64,000 nt of DNA from Minisyncoccota bacterium (GCA_021734905.1 JAIPIB010000002.1:111386-175385); one strand, 5' to 3'. Shown: positions 21,077 through 30,433, counted from the first letter of the stretch. Translations and numbers: made by a program. The notes: a model not told the origin generated them from the letters alone.

Positions 21077-21201
21077 TAAGTCCTCTCCTTTTATGAATTG
21101 CAATCATTTGACAGAACACTATATTTTTTCATCTTCTTTTATTATAACACATTATTTAAATTACGCAAGGATGGTAAAGATCAACATCTTTTTAATTGTG
21201 A

Positions 21202-22215
21202 TTATCTCTTCGCAAGGATAGTTCGTTTATAGGTATCAAGATGCTCAAGTGCTTCACCTGTCCCCTTCGCTACGCAAAAGAGTGCTTGGTCTGCGAGTAC
21301 AGCATTCACTCCAGTTCGTCGCTTCACAAGCTCTGGAAAATTACGTAACTGTGATGTTCCTCCAGTCATGATGATGCCGTGATCAATAATATCTGAAGCA
21401 AGCTCTGGGGGTGTATCTTGAAACACATCCTTTATTGCTTTAACCATCTCGCGGAGTTCCCGTGAAATAGCACGAACAACCTCATTCGTCTTTATTTCTG
21501 TAGTACGAGGCAGACCAGTAAGTAAATCTCGCCCTTTAATATCCATACTTAGTTCTTCCTCAAGCGGAAGCGCAGAACCGATTCCAATTTTAATATCCTC
21601 AGCAGTTTTTTCTCCAATAGAAAGATTATGACTTTTTTTCGCGTAATCGATAATTGCAGCGTCAATTTTGTTCCCTGCACACTTCACTGAATTTGAAGCA
21701 ACAATACCTCCAAGAGAAATGACTGCAACATCTATAGTTCCCCCACCAATATCTACAATCATATGACCTTGTGGTTCGTAGATAGGGACTTTTGCACCAA
21801 TTGCAGCAAGAATAGGCTCCTTAACAACATAGACATTTCGAGCACCAGCCTTAAGTGTTGCTTCTATCACGGCACGCTTCTCTGTCGAACTAACCCCAGC
21901 AGGAACAGAAACAAGTACGTCTGGCTTAAAAATATTAAAATTACCGAGTGCTTTCTTAAGAAAATATTTGATCATTGCTTCGGTCACTCTATAATCTGCA
22001 ATAACACCATCCTTCATTGGTCGGTATGCATGCATAGTGTCTGGAGTCCTTCCAATCATCCGTTTTGCCTCACTCCCAACAGCAACTATTTCATTCATGC
22101 TAGAGACAGCAACAACAGATGGTTCGTTAAGTACAATACCTTCACCATACACAAAAACAAGAACATTTGTGGTTCCTAGATCAATGCCAATTTTTGGTGT
22201 AAAGCTCCTTCTCAT
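21202..22215 (-). CDS. mreB: second MreB/Mbl actin-like protein
   Basis: IGIDLGTTN, RPMKDGVIAD, EPILAAIGA, DIGGGT, MTGGTS. Confidence 0.9.
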   Translation of the reverse strand: MRRSFTPKIGIDLGTTNVLVFVYGEGIVLNEPSVVAVSSMNEIVAVGSEAKRMIGRTPDTMHAYRPMKDGVIADYRVTEAMIKYFLKKALGNFNIFKPDVLVSVPAGVSSTEKRAVIEATLKAGARNVYVVKEPILAAIGAKVPIYEPQGHMIVDIGGGTIDVAVISLGGIVASNSVKCAGNKIDAAIIDYAKKSHNLSIGEKTAEDIKIGIGSALPLEEELSMDIKGRDLLTGLPRTTEIKTNEVVRAISRELREMVKAIKDVFQDTPPELASDIIDHGIIMTGGTSQLRNFPELVKRRTGVNAVLADQALFCVAKGTGEALEHLDTYKRTILAKR

Positions 22216-22313
22216 AGAAAGGTTAATAGTACCCTGTTAGTCATTTTTATCAATCTGCCCATATCCACCCACTCTGATTGCCCACTATAGCGTCTATGCT
22301 ATAGTGGGCGTAT

Positions 22314-23816
22314 ATGGAGAAAAATATTGGCATGCGAATAGCGGATATCCGCGAGACACAAGGTGTTACACAAAAAGCACTCGCAAAGCTTCTTAATACA
22401 ACGCAGAGTGCCATCGCTCGCATCGAAAGTGGCAAGCAGAATGTCAGTGCCGATATGCTCAAAAAATTGAGTAAAGCACTGAAGAAGAATCTTGTAACCC
22501 TCTCACCAGGTACTGTAAATCTCAGTATTGAAGGTAACAAGAAATTACACGGGACCGTTGTCACGAGCACCTCAAAAAATGGTGCTGTCGGCCTACTCTG
22601 CGCCTCTCTTTTAAACAAAGGAAAAACTACACTCCGTAAAGTTCCACGCATAGAGGAAGTGCACAGACTCATTGAAGTACTCCAAAGTATTGGGTCGCAC
22701 GTTGAATGGAACGGTTCTGATGTAGTCATTACTCCACCGAAATCATACGCACTTAAAAAAATTAATGCCGACGCTGCTCGAAAGACACGAAGTATCGTCA
22801 TGTTCATTGGCCCACTTATTCATACAGTTTCTTCGTTTTCGCTCCCACAATCAGGTGGTTGCAAACTTGGAAGTCGCACAGTACGTCCACATTTCTATGG
22901 ACTAGAGCACTTTGGAGTCTCTATTAAAACAACGAACGACTCATTCGAGGTATCAACAAGTATCAAAAAGCCGACAGAAATAATTCTCTACGAGTCTGGT
23001 GACACGGTAACCGAGAATGTTCTTATGGCTGCAGCACTTACCCCTTCGATGACGGTAATCAAATATGCCTCTGCAAATTACCAAGTGCAAGAATTGTGTG
23101 CTTTTCTCCGCATTTGTGGTGTCACAATTGATGGAGTTGGGACCACGACACTTACCGTAACCGGAATTAAAGAACTTAATACGGACATTGATTATACCCT
23201 TTCAGAAGACCCAACTGACAGCATGTTTTTTCTTGCGACGGCGATCGTAACTCACTCAGCACTCACAATAACGCGTTGCCCGATTGATTTTCTTGAAATA
23301 GAACTTCTCAAGCTTGAAAAAATGGGATTCGTCTACACTCGTTCGAAACCTTACCTCTCTGAAAATGGCCTCACACGTCTTGTCGACATAAAGACAAAAC
23401 CAGGACCCCTTACTGCACTGCATGAAAAAATACACCCATCTGTTTACCCGGGTCTCAATATTGACAACCTCCCTTTCTTCGCCGTCATAGCAACACAAGC
23501 TGTAGGACAAACACTCATCCATGACTGGGTTTACGAGAAGCGTGCACTTTATTTTACTGAACTCGATAAACTTGGTGCCGAAACTGTCCTTGCTGACCCC
23601 CACCGAATTTACATTACAGGACCAACGCAACTTCGTGCCAATGAACTTATCTGCCCCCCAGCGCTACGTCCAGCAACTATCCTCCTTATCGCAATGCTCG
23701 GAGCAAAGGGGCACTCAGTACTTAGGAATATCTATAGTATCAATCGTGGTTATGAAAACCTTGTTGAAAGACTTGCTTCGCTCGGAGCTCGCATTTCATA
23801 TCTTGAGGAGTATTAA
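22314..23816 (+). CDS. murA: UDP-GlcNAc 1-carboxyvinyltransferase with N-terminal XRE HTH
   Basis: TQKALAKLLNTTQSAIARIESGKQN HTH; SKN, GGCKLGSR, INRGYE. Confidence 0.9.
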   Translation: MEKNIGMRIADIRETQGVTQKALAKLLNTTQSAIARIESGKQNVSADMLKKLSKALKKNLVTLSPGTVNLSIEGNKKLHGTVVTSTSKNGAVGLLCASLLNKGKTTLRKVPRIEEVHRLIEVLQSIGSHVEWNGSDVVITPPKSYALKKINADAARKTRSIVMFIGPLIHTVSSFSLPQSGGCKLGSRTVRPHFYGLEHFGVSIKTTNDSFEVSTSIKKPTEIILYESGDTVTENVLMAAALTPSMTVIKYASANYQVQELCAFLRICGVTIDGVGTTTLTVTGIKELNTDIDYTLSEDPTDSMFFLATAIVTHSALTITRCPIDFLEIELLKLEKMGFVYTRSKPYLSENGLTRLVDIKTKPGPLTALHEKIHPSVYPGLNIDNLPFFAVIATQAVGQTLIHDWVYEKRALYFTELDKLGAETVLADPHRIYITGPTQLRANELICPPALRPATILLIAMLGAKGHSVLRNIYSINRGYENLVERLASLGARISYLEEY

Positions 23817-23862
23817 AAGGCTATATTTGGGATTTTTGCGTGGCATTTGCTAGAATAGCAAC

Positions 23863-25752
23863 ATGTACGTGATTACTGTTGTCCCACTGAAACGTGGCAT
23901 TGGCCTTGATACTCTTTCGTACTTTGGAAGTACTGATTATCCAAAAGGGACAATGCTGACAATTCCAATTCGAAATAACATGGTTTTGGGACTTGTGACC
24001 GACTCAAAAGAAGTCAGTGCTGCAAAAACAGCCTTACGCGCTGCAACATTTTCACTTCGGAAACTTCCCCCGCAAACACATTCAGCAATACTTGGAAAAG
24101 CATACATAGACACAGCTCGTGAACTTGCAAATTACTATGCCTCTCCACTTGGGGGAATCCTTTACAACCTTCTCGCTCCTGACATTCGAAATGGTGATAT
24201 TCCGCTTCCACATACGCACCACGTCAATTCTCCTCAAGCACACGCACCACAGGTACTTGCGGCAAAAAAACGTGACCGCTTCCTTACCTATCGTTCATTG
24301 GTGCGTGAGACATTTGCACACAGCGGCTCAGTGCTCTGTGTTGTTCCTACTTCAACTGAAGCAGACGAGTTGAAAGATGCTCTCCTACAGGGTATCGGGG
24401 ATAGGATTATTATGTTCACCAGTGCAATGACCAAAACGCAACTAAAAAAATCCTATGAACTCCTCGAGGATTTCAGCAAGACCAAGCTCATAATTTCTAC
24501 ACCATCACACTCCTTGCTTGAACGACATGATATTACAGTTGTCATCATTGAACATTCGCGCTCTCCATATTATAAAGAGCTAAACCGTCCGTATATTGAT
24601 TATAGAGATGCTCTTCGCATCCATGCGAAGCATACGGGAAGAAAACTAATTTTTGCAGACCTCCTTATCCGTGCAGAAGAAGAAGCCTACCGGCGAAACG
24701 AAACCTATACAACGCTTGGTGAAGAGTGTAAGAGGATAGATCTTCCTGGAAAACTTGAGATTATTGAAATGACAAGAACAGAACCGACATCAATGCCCTT
24801 TCGTTTATTTTCAGAACAGGTCCTTACCGCAATCAATGATGTCAAAAAAAAGAAAGGGAGAATCTTTATGTTCGCAGCACGCCGGGGACTTGCTCCCGTC
24901 GTCGCATGCATGGACTGTGGATACATCTTTAGATCACCAGAAAGCGGTGCTCCCTACTCACTTATTCGCACAACAAAGGATGGTCTCGAGGAGCGGTGGT
25001 TCATCTGTAGTACCTCCGGTGAAAAAATTAAAGCGCAAGATACATGTCCTTCATGCAATTCATGGAAATTGCGAGAACGAGGTATTGGCATTCAACAAGT
25101 ATATGATGAGCTCCATAAGGTTTTGCCAGATATCCCAACAATTTTATTTGACCATATTACAGCTCGTACCTACAAAAAAGCCACATTCCTTCGTGACTCT
25201 TTTTATAAAGAAAAAGGTGTCATTCTTCTCGGAACACACATGTCTGTTCCATATCTCACAAATGAAGTCGACCTTTCCATCATCGTAAATATGGACGCAC
25301 TCCTTGCAACGCCAACGTGGCGTCTCGAGGAAGAAAATTTGTCTCTCTTACTCAGACTTCGTGAAGTAACGGTGGGAAACGTCTTCGTTCAGACACGATC
25401 ACCCCTTACCAATGTCCTTCAGTATGCTAAACATGGAACTGTCGAACAATTTTATTCTGAAGAACTAGAACTTCGCAAATCATTCAATTACCCCCCATAT
25501 GCGACATTTGTTCATTTCACATGGCAAGGGTCCCAAGATGCCGTGAAGAAAATTGAAGACGATCTTATAGAGCTCTTTAAGGAATTTCCACTCTCCCCAT
25601 ACCAAAACCCAACCTCAACAGGTCAATCAACAATTATGTACGGACTCATTCGTGTCCCCAATAATGAATGGCCAAACAAAAAAATCGCAGCACTTCTGAG
25701 TCGCGTGCCCCCAACGGTTCGTGTTGTAATCAACCCTGACAAAATCGTCTAA
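23863..25752 (+). CDS. priA: primosomal protein N' (degenerate helicase)
   Basis: N-terminal 3'-binding domain, ARRGLA..CMDCG, CPSC, GIGIQQV, VQTR, LRKSFNYPPY; precedes def-fmt. Confidence 0.8.
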   Translation: MYVITVVPLKRGIGLDTLSYFGSTDYPKGTMLTIPIRNNMVLGLVTDSKEVSAAKTALRAATFSLRKLPPQTHSAILGKAYIDTARELANYYASPLGGILYNLLAPDIRNGDIPLPHTHHVNSPQAHAPQVLAAKKRDRFLTYRSLVRETFAHSGSVLCVVPTSTEADELKDALLQGIGDRIIMFTSAMTKTQLKKSYELLEDFSKTKLIISTPSHSLLERHDITVVIIEHSRSPYYKELNRPYIDYRDALRIHAKHTGRKLIFADLLIRAEEEAYRRNETYTTLGEECKRIDLPGKLEIIEMTRTEPTSMPFRLFSEQVLTAINDVKKKKGRIFMFAARRGLAPVVACMDCGYIFRSPESGAPYSLIRTTKDGLEERWFICSTSGEKIKAQDTCPSCNSWKLRERGIGIQQVYDELHKVLPDIPTILFDHITARTYKKATFLRDSFYKEKGVILLGTHMSVPYLTNEVDLSIIVNMDALLATPTWRLEEENLSLLLRLREVTVGNVFVQTRSPLTNVLQYAKHGTVEQFYSEELELRKSFNYPPYATFVHFTWQGSQDAVKKIEDDLIELFKEFPLSPYQNPTSTGQSTIMYGLIRVPNNEWPNKKIAALLSRVPPTVRVVINPDKIV

Positions 25753-25789
25753 TTTATTTTAATGTAAGAATGCGCTATAGTACGTGAAC

Positions 25790-26332
25790 ATGGCAAAGTT
25801 AGTAAAACAAGAGCATGCAGCACTCCATCAGATAGCTGCGGAAGTTCCTCTCGAGGAAATTTCTTCAAAAAAAATTCAAAAGATACTGAAAGATATGCGG
25901 GCTGCTTTGGATGGATATAATATTGATGGTTTTAATGGTGTTGCAATTGCGGCACCACAAATTGGAATCTCTCTACGTATTTTTCTCGTACACAACTCAA
26001 GTACTCACAAAAAGGAAAAAGGGCTGATCCCAGACCTCATTGCAATCAATCCTCAAATCATCAAGCTATCGAAACGTAAACATATTGTCGGTGAAGGATG
26101 CCTTTCTGTTGGAGAAAAATATGGCGCTGTGTCACGCTCAACTCACGCAACGATACGAGCGTACGATGAAAATGGGACTCTATATGAACGTGGAGCAGGT
26201 GGGCTCCTTGCGCAAATTTTTCAACATGAAGTTGACCACCTTGATGGAATACTCTTTGTAGATCGAGCAGAAAAAATGTGGCATAAAGATGATCTTGAAG
26301 CGCAAAAATTCAAAGAAGCAGAAAATGAATAA
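25790..26332 (+). CDS. def: peptide deformylase
   Basis: GVAIAAPQIG, EGCLS, QHEVDHLDG. Confidence 0.95.
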   Translation: MAKLVKQEHAALHQIAAEVPLEEISSKKIQKILKDMRAALDGYNIDGFNGVAIAAPQIGISLRIFLVHNSSTHKKEKGLIPDLIAINPQIIKLSKRKHIVGEGCLSVGEKYGAVSRSTHATIRAYDENGTLYERGAGGLLAQIFQHEVDHLDGILFVDRAEKMWHKDDLEAQKFKEAENE

Positions 26333-27194
26333 TAAAATTAACCCCACCGTCGCATTTTTTGGATCATCTCAGATTTCAGTCTGGGTACTTGAGGAACTTG
26401 AAAAAGAAGGGATTCTTCCTTCCCTCGTTATAACAAATCCCGACACCCGCCAGGGAAGAAAAATGATTCTCACTGAAACACCTGTCGCGCAATGGGCGCA
26501 GCAAAAATCTATTGCAACTTTTAAACCTGCATCACTCCGAAATGAAGAAATTGTGGCAACACTCAAAGCATCTGGATGTGATCTCTTTATTGTTGCTGCC
26601 TATGGCAAAATGATCCCCGAAGAAATTCTCAACATTCCACGATTTAAAACCCTTAATATGCACCCATCACTTCTTCCAAAGCTCCGTGGTGCAAGCCCTA
26701 TCAGGTCTGCAATACTTGAGGATGTTCACCCTACTGGGGTCTCTATCATGATTCTCACAAAAGGACTCGATGAAGGACCAATTCTTGCCCAAGAAGAGAC
26801 TCAAATTGAGGATTCAGAATGGCCAATTAAAGGAACAGTACTCGATGAAATACTTGCTCATCAAGGCGGTAAGCTTCTCGCAAAAACTATTCATACATGG
26901 GTCAGTGGCAATATGCAACCACAAGAACAAAATCATGAAGAAGCAACCTACTCACAGAAAATTACCAAAGAGATGGGAGAAATCGATTTTTCGAACGATC
27001 CATATAAAAACTTACTCAGGATTCGTGCATTCGATGGTTGGCCGGGGGCGTTCTTTTTTGTCGAGAGAAAAGGAGCTCTTGTACGCATCAAGATTCTTGA
27101 TGCTCTGATTCAAGACGGAGTCCTCGTACCCACAAAAATTATACCTGAAGGCAAAAAAGAAATGCTCTACGAAGATTTCCTTCGAAGCCAATAA
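26325..27194 (+). CDS. fmt: methionyl-tRNA formyltransferase
   Basis: VAAYG, NMHPSLLPKLRGASPI, GLDEGPIL; start ATG 26325. Confidence 0.95.
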   Translation: MNNKINPTVAFFGSSQISVWVLEELEKEGILPSLVITNPDTRQGRKMILTETPVAQWAQQKSIATFKPASLRNEEIVATLKASGCDLFIVAAYGKMIPEEILNIPRFKTLNMHPSLLPKLRGASPIRSAILEDVHPTGVSIMILTKGLDEGPILAQEETQIEDSEWPIKGTVLDEILAHQGGKLLAKTIHTWVSGNMQPQEQNHEEATYSQKITKEMGEIDFSNDPYKNLLRIRAFDGWPGAFFFVERKGALVRIKILDALIQDGVLVPTKIIPEGKKEMLYEDFLRSQ

Positions 27195-27218
27195 AAATTG
27201 CTATAAAAACATCGAAGT

Positions 27219-27590
27219 CTACTCACTACCTCCAAATCGAAGCATTCTTTTTACAGCCTGACTTCCTCGCTTAAATAAACTCTGCCTCTTACCTTGCGCT
27301 CGTTGCAATTCTCTTCGTAATTCATTTTTAACAGAATCAATTGCTTGTTCAATTTGCTCTTCAGTTGATTCAACGCGAAAGAGTTTGCCACCGTTAAATA
27401 AGTTGATTTCAGCACGAAATATTTTTCCTGAATGATGTTCAGCTGTTTTTTCTAACTCAACCTCACATCGTGTATCTCCTTGGTTGTCTAATAATTTTCC
27501 AAGCGGAGAAAGTTTTTGTTCAAGTAATTCTTGAAGTTTTGGAGTAATCTCTATGTTAGTCGCCTTCGTATTAATATGAGGAAATGTCAT
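27219..27590 (-). CDS. raiA: ribosome hibernation factor HPF/RaiA
   Basis: NIEITPKL, FRAEINL, EQAIDSV..EL.REL. Confidence 0.8.
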   Translation of the reverse strand: MTFPHINTKATNIEITPKLQELLEQKLSPLGKLLDNQGDTRCEVELEKTAEHHSGKIFRAEINLFNGGKLFRVESTEEQIEQAIDSVKNELRRELQRAQGKRQSLFKRGSQAVKRMLRFGGSE

Positions 27591-27628
27591 GCTTATACGT
27601 TAAAACTTATAACTATCTTCACTTCTTA

Positions 27629-27853
27629 TTATACCACCTCTATGCTAAACATTTTAGATGGAGATCTGTGTCCAGTAAGCATAGTAATCTGAGATGTAGT
27701 GACTGAAAATTCTGCCGCAAGAATCTCTCGTACACGTTTATTGGCCAGGTTTCGCTCTTTTGGTTCCTTAACCTCTATTATAAATGAAGTTGCATCTTTT
27801 TTTATAACGCGTTCTCGGCGCACTCCTGGAGTCACTTGTACATGAACATACAT
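27629..27853 (-). CDS. DUF167/YggU family protein
   Basis: VQVTPG, VKEP..NLANK, GHRSPSK. Confidence 0.75.
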   Translation of the reverse strand: MYVHVQVTPGVRRERVIKKDATSFIIEVKEPKERNLANKRVREILAAEFSVTTSQITMLTGHRSPSKMFSIEVV

Positions 27854-27858
27854 AAATT

Positions 27859-28149
27859 TTATACTGAACAGGTGCCTCCTGTATTCATCGGAGGAATTTT
27901 AGTTTCCACATCTGTAGTTGTGGCTCCATACTTCTCTTCAATATATGAAACAATATCGTCAGATTCATACATCAAGACATCACCGTCTACAAGAAATGGC
28001 ACCTGCCTCTTTCCTCCAAGTACCATCAATTCTGCTGCATTATTTTCATCGGCGATATTTTTCTCTTCAAATGAAATCCCCTGCGCATCAAATGTTGTTA
28101 TTACCTTTGCACAAAATGGACATCCGGTCTTTACAAAAAGTGTACTCAT
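27859..28149 (-). CDS. glutaredoxin / GST N-terminal-like protein
   Basis: CPFC, GGKRQVPFLVD, MYESDDIV. Confidence 0.85.
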   Translation of the reverse strand: MSTLFVKTGCPFCAKVITTFDAQGISFEEKNIADENNAAELMVLGGKRQVPFLVDGDVLMYESDDIVSYIEEKYGATTTDVETKIPPMNTGGTCSV

Positions 28150-28174
28150 AAAAATTTTACATTACTCAATATTA

Positions 28175-28768
28175 CTAATTGGTATTTTTTCGTTCGTACC
28201 TCCCCATTAATATTGCAGTTTCAAGAGTCATCCCCTTCGCTGCCTCCTCAACCTCCCGTAACGTTGGTGCTTTCAAAAAATTGAGTGCCCCTGAAAGTGC
28301 ATACAACCGGAAAATATACCGATGCTCACGATCAGGAGGACACGCCCCAACATACCCCAAAAGTCCACGAGAATTTAAACCTCCTGTGCCAACAGTTCCA
28401 CCTTCTGGAACTATCTTCGTATCAGATGGAATATTGTAAAGAACCCAATGATCAAATGTCTCGATCCCTCGTTCAATCTTCACTGACTCAGGAATATCTG
28501 GATCATCCATGACGAGCACAAACGATTCTGTCCCTTCAGGAACATTATCTATGTGAAGTTCTGGGCTGATGCCTTCACCATCACACGAATACTGTGATGG
28601 TATAACACCACCATTTGTAAACGCCGCTGCTTGAAGTGTTAATGACATAGAAGATATATTATCTTGAGTAATTTCTGGCGGTGCCTCAGCTTTTTTTGAA
28701 AAGGCAAAGAAAGCTCCCCCGTATACAATGAATGACATTATACCTAACAATAAGAATGCTTGTCTCAT
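28175..28768 (-). CDS. YbhB/YbcL (PEBP) family protein with N-terminal signal/TM
   Basis: DDPD, HWVLYNIP, GACPP..HRYIFRLYAL. Confidence 0.85.
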   Translation of the reverse strand: MRQAFLLLGIMSFIVYGGAFFAFSKKAEAPPEITQDNISSMSLTLQAAAFTNGGVIPSQYSCDGEGISPELHIDNVPEGTESFVLVMDDPDIPESVKIERGIETFDHWVLYNIPSDTKIVPEGGTVGTGGLNSRGLLGYVGACPPDREHRYIFRLYALSGALNFLKAPTLREVEEAAKGMTLETAILMGRYERKNTN

Positions 28769-28786
28769 TTGTTAATTTTATCATAT

Positions 28787-28814
28787 TTGCACGAAGGCAT
28801 TTTTCCGGTACAAT
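28787..28814 (+). promoter_or_regulatory. probable promoter of the tRNA-Asn locus
   Basis: TTGCAC-16 nt-TACAAT. Confidence 0.5.
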
Positions 28815-28969
28815 GCACAAGCTCATCATTCTGGTGTATGGGCTAGACACCTATACAAATACTTCACTCGGAAGGCTAATGAAAGTAAACTTCCATTATC
28901 TTCCTCGCTCGTATTTGTAGCACAGCGGTAGAATGAGAAATGACTAAATGTCATTTCTCAAGAACAAAA

Positions 28970-29001
28970 ACTACACATTCCGGTGTAGCTCAGCGGTAGA
29001 G
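28970..29001 (+). repeat. 32-nt exact direct repeat of the tRNA-Asn leader plus 5' part
   Basis: ACTACACATTCCGGTGTAGCTCAGCGGTAGAG is identical to 29155-29186. Confidence 0.95.
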
Positions 29002-29163
29002 TGAGGAAGTCTGGGAGACTTGCGCAAGAGGTTGTCGATAATTTGAGTTTACGAAAATTATTCTACAACCTGAACAGCTCCTGTAAGGAGGTTGTCTGTA
29101 AGGCAACCGCTTCCTAAAAGAATCAATCACTCGAACACTGTCTATAAAGGAAAGACTACACAT

Positions 29164-29235
29164 TCCGGTGTAGCTCAGCGGTAGAGCAGTTGCCTGTTAA
29201 GCAATTGGTCGCAGGTTCGAATCCTGCCGCCGGAG
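29164..29235 (+). tRNA. tRNA-Asn(GTT), CCA not encoded
   Basis: acceptor TCCGGTG/CGCCGGA, D-arm GCTC..GAGC, anticodon arm GTTGC-CTGTTAA-GCAAT, T-arm GCAGG-TTCGAAT-CCTGC. Confidence 0.95.
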
Positions 29236-29273
29236 CAAATGAAAATAACCCTTTACGGGGTTATTTTCATTTG
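29236..29273 (+). terminator. 16-bp hairpin abutting the tRNA 3' end
   Basis: CAAATGAAAATAACCC/GGGTTATTTTCATTTG. Confidence 0.6.
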
Positions 29274-29384
29274 TGGAGGCGAAGTAAGTGACTAAATGTC
29301 ACTTACGTCAGGATTCGAAAAGGTTGCCTAGCATTTTCGTTAGAAAATGATGACAACCTATATTGCTTGTGTAACAAGAGAAGT

Positions 29385-29401
29385 TCTTGCCGCCGGAGCC
29401 A
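29385..29401 (+). repeat. direct copy of the tRNA-Asn 3' end ending in CCA
   Basis: TGCCGCCGGAGC at 29388-29399 equals 29225-29236; CCA at 29399-29401. Confidence 0.85.
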
Positions 29402-29549
29402 GAGAGAAAAGCGCTTTGATTGGCGCTTTTTTCTGTATACCTCAGACGGGATTCGAACCTTTGTTTGACTTATTCTCAATAAAGCAGTTAACTATCTGTC
29501 ATCACTCAGAATGTTCTGAGAGTTCCCATAATGACTGGAGACCAAGCCC

Positions 29550-29993
29550 ATGGATGCAAACCAAGTTGCAAGAGATAATCACGCACTTTACTACACCACT
29601 GTTCCGTTGCTTCTATGCAACAAGGAATTCGGTAGGGTCGTCGTAAACGGCATCGATACTCCTTCACAGTACCCATTTGAAGGTAACTACTCAGGATATA
29701 TTCGAATTGACGCTTCTGACGTAAAAAGAAACTGTTCTGACGGCAGTTTCACGGACGAAATCATAGGTGGTCTTCTTGGCAAAGTTGCCCTGAAGTTTCC
29801 TCGCAGTCCTACAGGCGAAGGAATGAATGCTGTAATCATCATCGATCATGAAATCTGGAGGTTCTCGTTCACAATCACGCAATACGAACGTGACGGTGAT
29901 CATGGGTACGAAATAGTAGACGACCCATTGTCCTTACCCGAAGGTGAACATTTGGGACGACTCATCGAACTCAAGGTAACAGTTATTCAATAA
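29550..29993 (+). CDS. hypothetical protein
   Basis: GGAG upstream, 147 aa, followed by a GC-rich hairpin and T-run. Confidence 0.65.
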   Translation: MDANQVARDNHALYYTTVPLLLCNKEFGRVVVNGIDTPSQYPFEGNYSGYIRIDASDVKRNCSDGSFTDEIIGGLLGKVALKFPRSPTGEGMNAVIIIDHEIWRFSFTITQYERDGDHGYEIVDDPLSLPEGEHLGRLIELKVTVIQ

Positions 29994-29996
29994 TGC

Positions 29997-30051
29997 ACGA
30001 CCCGCACGAAACACCCGCCACAAGGCGCGTTTCGGCGGGTTGTTTCTTTTT
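29997..30051 (+). terminator. long bulged terminator hairpin
   Basis: ACGACCCGC...GCGGGTTGT plus TTCTTTTT. Confidence 0.65.
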
Positions 30052-30291
30052 ATACAAGAGCTAGACAGGTTCGAGCATTACATGTTCAGTACCCATTCAG
30101 GATATTTTTGTTTGCTTTATGTCTCCAAAACTATCTCTGGACAGCTTCGAACCGTATTACATGCAATTCAATTCGAACACCGTTCATCAGACGGATCGAA
30201 GAAACCGTTGAACCCTACCCTGAAGATATAGGAATGGCCTATTATTAAAAACCCCTTAACTATAAATCAAAATTAATATATACTAGTGAAC

Positions 30292-30417
30292 ATGTCACGA
30301 ATAATTGCATTGAGTCCAAAAAAGAACACGGCTACACGACCGTATAAATCAAAGAAACGTTTAGAAGCAAAAAAAGAACTGCTAGCAAAAAAAGCAAATC
30401 GAAAGGGGAAAAAGTAG
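30292..30417 (+). CDS. 41-aa very basic small protein (not in ORF track)
   Basis: MSRIIALSPKKNTATRPYKSKKRLEAKKELLAKKANRKGKK; TATACT -10 just upstream; terminator at 30434-30474. Confidence 0.6.
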   Translation: MSRIIALSPKKNTATRPYKSKKRLEAKKELLAKKANRKGKK

Positions 30418-30433
30418 ACCAATGGTGGTAAAT

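Noticed and set aside
22250-22807. Antisense ORF over murA, and similar shadow ORFs over acrB, ftsI, lysS and others
   Set aside because: These are shadows of well-supported genes with no motifs or expression signals.
28979-29155. Second tRNA gene or intron-containing tRNA
   Set aside because: Similarity stops inside the D-arm. There is no anticodon or T arm, the spacer is too short and lacks recognisable group I/II cores, and an intact copy follows.
28821-29460. CRISPR array
   Set aside because: The repeats are tRNA-derived, unequal in length and in mixed orientation; no cas genes are in the window.
29997-30051. Integron attC site after orphan genes
   Set aside because: The hairpin is bulged but lacks RYYYAAC/GTTRRRY ends and has a T-tail, so a terminator is more parsimonious.
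30040-30231. 63-aa ORF or further T-arm remnants (GGTTCGA...TCGAACC)
   Set aside because: The ORF starts inside a terminator, and the matches are too short to assign to the tRNA nest.
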